Source: Pseudodesulfovibrio piezophilus C1TLV30
GTDB lineage: Bacteria; Desulfobacterota; Desulfovibrionia; Desulfovibrionales; Desulfovibrionaceae
Reading direction: 5' to 3'
NCBI RefSeq assembly: GCF_000341895.1
Contig: NC_020409.1
Location: 1,680,001 to 1,712,000 of the forward strand
DNA: 32,000 bases
Positions within the stretch are counted from its first letter, which is position 1. Each line of letters begins with the position of its first letter. Shown here in pieces: positions 25,995 to 32,000 of the stretch. A program made the position numbers and the translations under genes. The notes below the pieces were generated by a model, which saw only the letters and a list, made by a program, of their open reading frames with translations, made no database searches and was not told where the DNA came from.

Positions 25995-26684
25995 TCAGGC
26001 TCTGATCTGAACTTCGGAAAGACCTTCCATGATAGACCGAATGGCCCCAGTGGAAGCTGCAAATGCTTCCACGACCACTGGGTCGAACTGAGTACCGGAG
26101 CAGCGGATAATTTCACGTTGGGCGGCTTCAAAGCTCAACGCCTGACGATATGGTCTGTTCTGAAGCATGGCGGAAAGCGAATCAGCAAGTGAGATAATAC
26201 GAGCACCCAGGGGAATAGCCTCGCCTTTGATGCGCTGAGGGTAGCCGTTGCCATCAAAACGTTCATGATGATGCAAGACCATGTCCACCACCCCCAGTTG
26301 TCGCAGGGCCGCCACAGGACGGAGGATATCAGCCCCTGCTTCCGGGTGATTTCGTATGGCGACCCATTCTACTGGGTCAAGAGGTCCCTGCTTGCACAGA
26401 ACGGCATCAGGAACACCAATCTTTCCTATATCGTGCAGATGACCCGCCACATGCACGACATCTGATTCAACACAAGAGAGCCCCATAACAAGGGCAAGAG
26501 CATGGGAAATCTGTGCGACCTCAGCAGAGTGCATGGATGTATGTTGATCCTTTGCGTCAATAGCATTCCCCAACGACTCTGCAAATTGATGCAAAATGGC
26601 CGAGATGAACTGCGTTGGTTCTGCGCATTGACTGGTCCCCGGCAGCGAAGCGCCAGCTGCCGGGGATTGAAGATCAAGTTCCAT
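25995..26684 (-). CDS. HD-GYP domain protein (putative c-di-GMP phosphodiesterase)
   Basis: HLHDIGKIGVPD and HHERFDGNGYP motifs are present. The ATG at 26684 lies 1 nt after the TAA of the upstream gene (GTGTAATATGG). A TTG alternative lies at 26717. Confidence 0.85.
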   Translation of the reverse strand: MELDLQSPAAGASLPGTSQCAEPTQFISAILHQFAESLGNAIDAKDQHTSMHSAEVAQISHALALVMGLSCVESDVVHVAGHLHDIGKIGVPDAVLCKQGPLDPVEWVAIRNHPEAGADILRPVAALRQLGVVDMVLHHHERFDGNGYPQRIKGEAIPLGARIISLADSLSAMLQNRPYRQALSFEAAQREIIRCSGTQFDPVVVEAFAASTGAIRSIMEGLSEVQIRA

Positions 26685-26685
26685 A

Positions 26686-27138
26686 TTACACGGCTCTGCT
26701 TGCGATGTCGTGCTCAAGGCGAGAAAGATTTCGTGAAATCACTTTATGGAGGGAGTTGTCGATTCCTGCTCCCTTGACAGCAGACTTGGCTGCCAGACGG
26801 AAGCAGACAAGCGCTTCCTCTTCATTCCCGGCACTCTGATGGACCAGCCCCAGGTTATTCCTTACCTTGGCTTCGTGAAGGGGCGACCCCATCTGCCGAG
26901 CAATCCGGTTGGCCTGAGCCAACTGAAACAGGGCATCTTCGACCTGACCATTATTGAAAGCCTTCATTCCTTCCCTGTTGAACATACCAAGTCTGTGCAA
27001 ACTGCTCATGAAATAACTCCTTGCGCGAGGTTTACCCAGCGGACGCAAAGCTCCCGCCGGAATTCTACACCGCTTCAAGGACGCCTCTTCTACATTTGTA
27101 CGCATGCTGCAAGATATCTTATGCTCTTTCACTGCCAT
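26686..27138 (-). CDS. Small TPR-like helical repeat protein, translationally coupled to the HD-GYP gene
   Basis: The C-terminal 107 aa (MSSLHRLGMFNREGMKAFNNGQVEDALFQLAQANRIARQMG...NNLGLVHQSAGNEEEALVCFRLAAK) look TPR-like. I chose the ATG at 27138 because GGGGAGG lies 6 nt upstream and a promoter lies about 35 nt upstream. An alternative ATG at 27009 also has AAGGAG. Confidence 0.6.
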   Translation of the reverse strand: MAVKEHKISCSMRTNVEEASLKRCRIPAGALRPLGKPRARSYFMSSLHRLGMFNREGMKAFNNGQVEDALFQLAQANRIARQMGSPLHEAKVRNNLGLVHQSAGNEEEALVCFRLAAKSAVKGAGIDNSLHKVISRNLSRLEHDIASRAV

Positions 27139-27172
27139 CCCGTGCCTCCCCATTTCATACCGCACAAGGTGG

Positions 27173-27201
27173 AGTATATTGACAATGAAAATCAATTTCA
27201 A
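27173..27201 (-). promoter_or_regulatory. Sigma-70 promoter TTGAAA-N17-TATACT with an embedded Fur-box-like operator
   Basis: On the minus strand, the -35 lies at 27201-27196 and the -10 at 27178-27173. On the plus strand, GACAATGAAAATCAATTTC (27181-27199) matches 15/19 positions of the E. coli Fur box. Confidence 0.5.
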
Positions 27202-27423
27202 GAATTTTCTTTGCCTGTCTTTGGGGAATACAGAAACGAGAAACACATGGAATAAGCTATAATCACATCGCTTTTCACACATTTCGTCATTTCCAATCTC
27301 TGGAAAAACAACAGAAAGTTGAATAAGTTGTCTCAACAGGATCCTTCCATCCCAGATGGGTGGTTTTGCATAAACCACAATGACCGACTTTTTTTTGAGA
27401 GCGTTGAATTATTCAAAAAACGC

Positions 27424-27469
27424 CAAATAAAAAAAAGAGCGTCGCCCACACTCAGGCGGGCAACGCTCT
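27424..27469 (-). terminator. Rho-independent terminator after the pit / DUF47 operon
   Basis: On the minus strand, AGAGCGTTGCCC pairs with GGGCGACGCTCT (12-bp stem, one mismatch), and the hairpin is followed by TTTTTTTT. Confidence 0.7.
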
Positions 27470-27491
27470 ACGAGAACGTGAAGATTGAAAG

Positions 27492-28166
27492 TTATCGTGC
27501 GATCATAGCCCTTAAATGGTCTGCACAATTTTCCGTATTGTGCCCCATATTATCAAGGCAATCCACGAAATGCATAAGCTGATAGATGTCCTTGAAATCA
27601 AGGTCCATGGCATACAGTTTCTTATGCAATTCATTCTTGAGCTTACGCACCTTGTCTCGTTCGGAGCGCACTTTGCGGAAGCAGGTTTTGGTCCCTTCTC
27701 TGTCAAGGGATTCCCCGTGCAAAAGGGCAATGGTCGCTTTCAGCGCAGGGCCAAGCAGGACCGTGGTCCGGGAGACTGCATCGAGCAGGTAAATAACATC
27801 TTTCTGAATCTGCTCCGGGAACTCCACCTTGCGCATAGCAAGCCAATGCAGGGCGTCCTGAGCCGCATCAAGCACATTATCCTGCGACTTGGTGTAGCTG
27901 AGAAAAAGGGATTTCTCCACAGGCATGAATAACCCTTTGGGCAGATGGTTGCGAATATTACGCTTGATCTTGTCCGCATGGTTTTCGATCTGGTCGATAG
28001 TTCGGGTCAGTTCTTCGAACTCGCGGCAGACACCACCTGAAACATAGCACTCAAGGGATTCGTCGATAGTCTCTATGCATTCGGCAATTTTGTCATAATG
28101 CTCCGTCAATCCGTCCATGGGTGAACGACTTGCGAGAAGACCGAAAAAGGGGAGTTTCAAAAACAT
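27492..28166 (-). CDS. DUF47 / TIGR00153-family protein (PhoU-like putative phosphate-transport regulator)
   Basis: 224 aa and helical, with family-like segments ...IENHADKIKRNIRNHLPKGLFMPVEKSLFLSYTKSQDNVLDAAQDA... It sits immediately downstream of a PiT transporter gene, which is the usual pairing. Confidence 0.8.
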   Translation of the reverse strand: MFLKLPFFGLLASRSPMDGLTEHYDKIAECIETIDESLECYVSGGVCREFEELTRTIDQIENHADKIKRNIRNHLPKGLFMPVEKSLFLSYTKSQDNVLDAAQDALHWLAMRKVEFPEQIQKDVIYLLDAVSRTTVLLGPALKATIALLHGESLDREGTKTCFRKVRSERDKVRKLKNELHKKLYAMDLDFKDIYQLMHFVDCLDNMGHNTENCADHLRAMIAR

Positions 28167-28206
28167 ATATGTACCTCTTGGGATAACGTTGCGCTAACTT
28201 GATGAT

Positions 28207-29445
28207 TTAGTTGTAACACAGCCATTTCAGAATCTCAAAAAGAATCACGGCAGTAAAAGCCGATACCGGAACTGTAATCAACCAGTATATGACAATTTTT
28301 CCAAGAATTCTGAAATCAACCGCCTTGAAACCACGGGCAACACCAACACCGGCAATGGCACCGATGGCTGCGTGGGTAGAAGAAACGGGCAACCCTAATT
28401 TGGATGCTGCCAAAACCGTGGTGGCAGTGGAAAAGTCCACGGCAAAACCACGGGTATTGTTGAGCACCGTGATTTTTTCACCCACCGTGGTCATGACCCG
28501 ATGCCCCAGCAGCAGAATCCCCACAGCAATGCCGATACCACCGATAGCCAGAATCGTAAACGGAATCTCCGCCTGAGTCGCTATGGTCTGATCCTTGGCG
28601 ATAAGATAAATGGCCGCCACCGGGCCTATGGCATTGGCGACATCGTTGGCCCCATGTGCAAGAGCGACATAGCAGGACGTCCCGATCTGCATCTTCCGAA
28701 AAATCCGCTCAACGGCTTCGGCTCCCGCTTCTTCATCCATGACCAGACGGGCAACAAAAAACCGACTGATTCCCCAGGCGACCACTCCAAAACAACTCCC
28801 CCAGAAGAATGCCATGTAGAGAGGCATTTTGAGAGATTTTCCCAATGGGGTCTTATACATGAACGACATACAGATGATGCCGATGGTCAGACCGATCCAG
28901 CGTGGTGCCCATTTCTTGGCAGCGACGATAAACTGCCGGGCATTGAGAATCCGACTTCGTATATGGGTAAAGACAAGAAACCCGATGGCAGCGGAAAAGA
29001 ACGGAGAGATAAACCATGATGCCACGACCGCGCCAAGGACATACCAATTGACCACACTGGCTCCACCGGCAACAATGCCGAAACCGAGGATAGCTCCTAC
29101 GATGGAGTGGGTAGACGAAACAGGCAGAGATGTCAGCGTCGCCATGAAAACCCAGAATGCTGCGGCAATCAGAGCGGCAAACATGCCGATCATCACTAAC
29201 TTGGGATCGCCAATAGCCATGGGATCGATAATTCCCTTGGCAATGGTCTTGGTCACCTGAGAGCCAAGCAACACCGCACCGACAAAGTTGAGTATGCCCG
29301 CAATGACAACAGCCTGACGCACAGTGATCGCTTTGGCTCCAACAGCCGAAGCCATGGAATTGGCCACGTCATTGGCACCGAGGTTGAAGGCTTTCCAGAA
29401 CCCGGCCGCCAGCGCCAGGTAGAAGAAGATATCGTAAATGTCCAT
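28207..29445 (-). CDS. pit: Inorganic phosphate transporter, PiT (PHO4) family
   Basis: 412 aa and polytopic, with duplicated GANDVAN signatures (NLGANDVANSMASAVG and HGANDVANAIGPVA). Confidence 0.9.
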   Translation of the reverse strand: MDIYDIFFYLALAAGFWKAFNLGANDVANSMASAVGAKAITVRQAVVIAGILNFVGAVLLGSQVTKTIAKGIIDPMAIGDPKLVMIGMFAALIAAAFWVFMATLTSLPVSSTHSIVGAILGFGIVAGGASVVNWYVLGAVVASWFISPFFSAAIGFLVFTHIRSRILNARQFIVAAKKWAPRWIGLTIGIICMSFMYKTPLGKSLKMPLYMAFFWGSCFGVVAWGISRFFVARLVMDEEAGAEAVERIFRKMQIGTSCYVALAHGANDVANAIGPVAAIYLIAKDQTIATQAEIPFTILAIGGIGIAVGILLLGHRVMTTVGEKITVLNNTRGFAVDFSTATTVLAASKLGLPVSSTHAAIGAIAGVGVARGFKAVDFRILGKIVIYWLITVPVSAFTAVILFEILKWLCYN

Positions 29446-29495
29446 TGGGTTTCCCCTCTTTCGAGGGCGTTCGTTAAAGTGTTGCCATCATCCGA

Positions 29496-31283
29496 TCAGA
29501 CAGGCTTGTTGAGCCGGAAACAGAACCGGGCACCTCGGATATCCTCACCATATCCGTCATGCCAGATTTCACCTCCGAAGTTCCGCACGATGCGACGGCA
29601 GATGGCAAGCCCGAGGCCCGCACTACCCGAAGAACTGTCAATCGTATTCTCATCAACCCGATAAAACCTTTCGAAGACCTTGGTGCTGTGCTCTCTGGAG
29701 ATACCCGGCCCCTGATCCTCCACGCAAAAGACGATGGACTCGCCATCATCCTGTGCCGTGACTGTAATTTTCCCGTTTTCCGGACTATACTTGACCGCGT
29801 TGTTCAGCAGATTGTGAAAGACATGGAGCAACCCATCTGGCTCTCCCATCACGAGCATGGCGTCATCCGGTGCATTCACTTCCAACCGGATATCTCTTTC
29901 CGCCGCCCAGGGAGTCACATCCGCCACGGTTCTTTCCAGATATTCATTCCCCGAAACCGGCTGAAGCTTGAGCTGTTTGCCCATCTGCTCCGACTTGGCA
30001 AGAGCCAACATGCTGGAGATGACTTTATCCATATGGTCTGCGTTCTTGAGCACAGTCTCCAGAAAAAAACGTCCATCTTCGGGCTTGGCCGGAGGGTTGT
30101 CCAACAAAGTCTCACTGTAGCCCTTGATGGAAGTCAACGGTGTCCGAAGCTGGTGAGACGCGTTCGCCACAAAATCCTTCAGCCCTTTCTCGCTCCGCTT
30201 CATCTCGGTGATGTCATAAAAAACAAGAATAATTTTTCGAACACCCTTCTGATCGTGAAACGGAACAGCACTGACTTCAACAGTACGGGAATCCATCAGA
30301 TCTATCTGAATAGTCCGCTCTCCCTCATCGGGAGCGTGCAGTAATTCGTCCACCAAATCCTGAATTTCAAATCGACGGGTGACTTCGATGGGGGTCCGGC
30401 CAACAGTGGATTCAGCCAGGTTGAACATGACATCAAGGGCAGAGTTGTAGGACTCGATGCGTCCCTCCGAGTCAATGGACATAACTCCCTCGCGCATACC
30501 CTCGAAAATAGCCTGGAGTTGTCCCTTCTGATCTTTGATGATCTGGACGTTCCGTTCGATATTCTCCGCCATCCGATTCACGGATTGAGCAAGCGGTTTG
30601 AATTCGCCGCCAGGCAAGACCCGCAACCGTGTGCCATAATCCCCCTCACCGATAGACCGGGCAAGTTCGGAAAAAGCGGTAATCTCCCGGCTCATGTTGC
30701 GCGACATGATGACACTGACCAATCCCGCACAGAGGAGGGTCAAAATAAATATCCAAAGGAAATTCTGCCTGAGAGAACTCAAGCGATGGCTGACATCGGA
30801 AAACGGCACAGCCAATCGCAAAACCCCGGCAGGAAGGCTGACGGAGGCTCTGATCTTGGTGGCGACGTACAGCATATCCTTATGCAAGGTATCGGAATAC
30901 CGGACATTGGTCCCATGGCCTTCTATATGCGCGGCAATGACTTCGGGACGCTCACTATGATTATCCAATTCAGCGAGATTGGCGAATGTCACTCCCGAAT
31001 CGGCAATAACCCGTCCGTCAGTAATGATATAGGTGATCCGTGCGCCCAGTCGTGGGCCAAGGGCATCGACCCATGTGGCAAAAGCCTCTTCCGTCGTGAA
31101 ACGGGGGTGCTCGTCAATGAGCCATTTGATGGATTCCAACTCGCTCATGGAGCGGAGTTTGGTCTCAGCCAACACATCGCTGGCAACAATACTCGTGGAA
31201 TAATAGAAAATCACGGCCATGGCCATGAGCAGCAAAGCCCAGGTCCACAGCAGAATCCGCATTTGAAAGGAGCGCAGTTTCAT
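29496..31283 (-). CDS. phoR: Sensor histidine kinase, PhoR-like (TM, approx 150-aa periplasmic domain, TM, HAMP, PAS, HisKA, HATPase)
   Basis: H-box ANASHQLRTPLTSIKGYSETL, N-box HNLLNNAVKYS, G1 DQGPGI, G2 SAGLGLAICRRIV. The PhoR assignment rests on the H-box flavour, the downstream pit / PhoU-like context and the upstream Pho-box-like repeats. The kinase call is secure; the phosphate specificity is an inference. Confidence 0.75.
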   Translation of the reverse strand: MKLRSFQMRILLWTWALLLMAMAVIFYYSTSIVASDVLAETKLRSMSELESIKWLIDEHPRFTTEEAFATWVDALGPRLGARITYIITDGRVIADSGVTFANLAELDNHSERPEVIAAHIEGHGTNVRYSDTLHKDMLYVATKIRASVSLPAGVLRLAVPFSDVSHRLSSLRQNFLWIFILTLLCAGLVSVIMSRNMSREITAFSELARSIGEGDYGTRLRVLPGGEFKPLAQSVNRMAENIERNVQIIKDQKGQLQAIFEGMREGVMSIDSEGRIESYNSALDVMFNLAESTVGRTPIEVTRRFEIQDLVDELLHAPDEGERTIQIDLMDSRTVEVSAVPFHDQKGVRKIILVFYDITEMKRSEKGLKDFVANASHQLRTPLTSIKGYSETLLDNPPAKPEDGRFFLETVLKNADHMDKVISSMLALAKSEQMGKQLKLQPVSGNEYLERTVADVTPWAAERDIRLEVNAPDDAMLVMGEPDGLLHVFHNLLNNAVKYSPENGKITVTAQDDGESIVFCVEDQGPGISREHSTKVFERFYRVDENTIDSSSGSAGLGLAICRRIVRNFGGEIWHDGYGEDIRGARFCFRLNKPV

Positions 31284-31357
31284 TCAAAATTTCCTTGTTT
31301 TTGTGTACACGGCCCCCCTGTAGCATGGATGGAGTTGCCAAGCACGACGCGAGGGTC

Positions 31358-31427
31358 TGTAACATGTTCGTCACACAAATGTAACGTTTTATAGTGTTAC
31401 GGTTTTGTTACGATAATATTTGTCAAC
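31358..31427. promoter_or_regulatory. Pho-box-like array of TGT(A/T/C)AC hexamers with 11-bp phasing upstream of phoR
   Basis: Hexamers start at 31358 (TGTAAC), 31369 (cGTCAC), 31380 (TGTAAC), 31395 (TGTTAC), 31406 (TGTTAC) and 31421 (TGTCAA). The spacings are 11, 11, 15, 11 and 15 bp. The array lies 75-145 bp upstream of the phoR ATG. Confidence 0.4.
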
Positions 31428-31536
31428 CATATCAGCGTATTGCAACATTCATGCGACAGTTTTGAATCAAAAGCCGTACGATGGACGATCTCAAGATCAC
31501 CCTTCATACGTCTTTGCGCTCCTTGATCTCTTTAAA

Positions 31537-31984
31537 CTAACAGTCTGAAGTCATTATAAAATCGTGTCCAACTCGACCCATATGACACGCGATATACCCT
31601 TCAGGCTTCCCTTCTTTTTGCACCGTTCCACCCGAGGCATATTTTGCCCAAAACCAATCCCCGTACTCAGGGTTACATCCCTTAAGCTTACACATGATGG
31701 TGAGATCGGCCAGTCTCTTGTCTGCCGTGTAATCTTCCTTGACGAGGGGCGTACAAGTAAGGTCTTGGGCACCTTTGATACACCCTTCCATGTTCACATA
31801 CACGATGTGCAAGAGACCGTGTGGAGAACGACCGTATTGCATCCCCGAAGAATCCGGAAATTGCTCCTAGTGGACATGTCTTTCCAGCTTGAAAAAGTCC
31901 CGCCACACCGAGACTGATCCACATGAGGAGCAGAAGAATGGCTCCCTGCCGGGACAGTCCAGGCAAGACCGGCAAGAAACGCAC
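31537..31984 (-). pseudogene. Cytochrome P460-family-like gene, apparently frameshifted and with a degenerate heme motif
   Basis: The frame at 31842..31537 reads ...SPHGLLHIVYVN...VKEDYTADKRLADLTIMCKLKGCNPEYGDWFWAKYA...EGYIACHMGRVGHDFIMT. A signal-peptide-like N-terminus (RFLPVLPGLSRQGAILLLLMWISLGVAGLFQA) lies in another frame at 31984..~31870, and the two frames are separated by a TAG at 31869-31867. The upstream frame is still open at the window edge. Confidence 0.45.
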
Positions 31985-32000
31985 ACAGAATTGAAATCCC

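Noticed and set aside
29559-31394. Plus-strand ORFs of 261 and 291 aa opposite the phoR-like kinase
   Set aside because: They are antisense shadows of a gene with complete H, N, G1 and G2 boxes. No motifs or RBS are present.

Overview
The window looks like a core chromosomal segment of a Desulfovibrio-like sulfate reducer. That taxon call is an inference from remembered protein similarity, for example a short-chain flavodoxin very close to Desulfovibrio flavodoxins, and no search was run. GC content is moderate, coding density is high, and I found no phage, transposase, CRISPR, rRNA or tRNA signatures.

Gene content, left to right:
- yceD-rpmF-plsX on the minus strand, with plsX running off the left edge
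- rpmB
- a periplasmic solute-binding protein gene followed closely by an orphan sensor kinase gene
- a small SHOCT membrane protein behind a sigma-54 promoter
- gltX
- a repeat-rich intergenic region
- nfu-like, HDOD and MBL-hydrolase genes
- a collinear ZraP/ZraS/ZraR-like sigma-54 envelope or metal stress module
- a decayed FmdB zinc-ribbon gene
- an orphan family-3 binding protein
- dCMP deaminase, ribD and ribE
- a stand-alone PocR domain protein
- flavodoxin
- a CobD-CobQ fusion
- a YHS-domain protein
- ilvD
- a second family-3 binding protein with a (GSQ)9 tail encoded by a 9-bp tandem repeat
- a TPR-like gene translationally coupled to an HD-GYP gene
- a phoR-like / pit / DUF47 (PhoU-like) cluster
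- a probably frameshifted cytochrome P460-like gene at the right edge

I see no obvious defence or mobile system. The most interesting signals are regulatory:
- Two sigma-54 promoters have exact GG-N10-GC spacing. Both precede Gly/His/Met-rich envelope proteins.
- A 24-bp promoter/operator module resembling a Fur box is shared (20/24 identical) by the flavodoxin promoter and the TPR/HD-GYP promoter.
- A Pho-box-like array with 11-bp phasing lies upstream of phoR.
- Two 119-bp dispersed repeats and a 59-bp near-perfect palindrome lie between gltX and nfu.

All functional calls rest on motif recognition by eye and recalled family knowledge. No database search was run.
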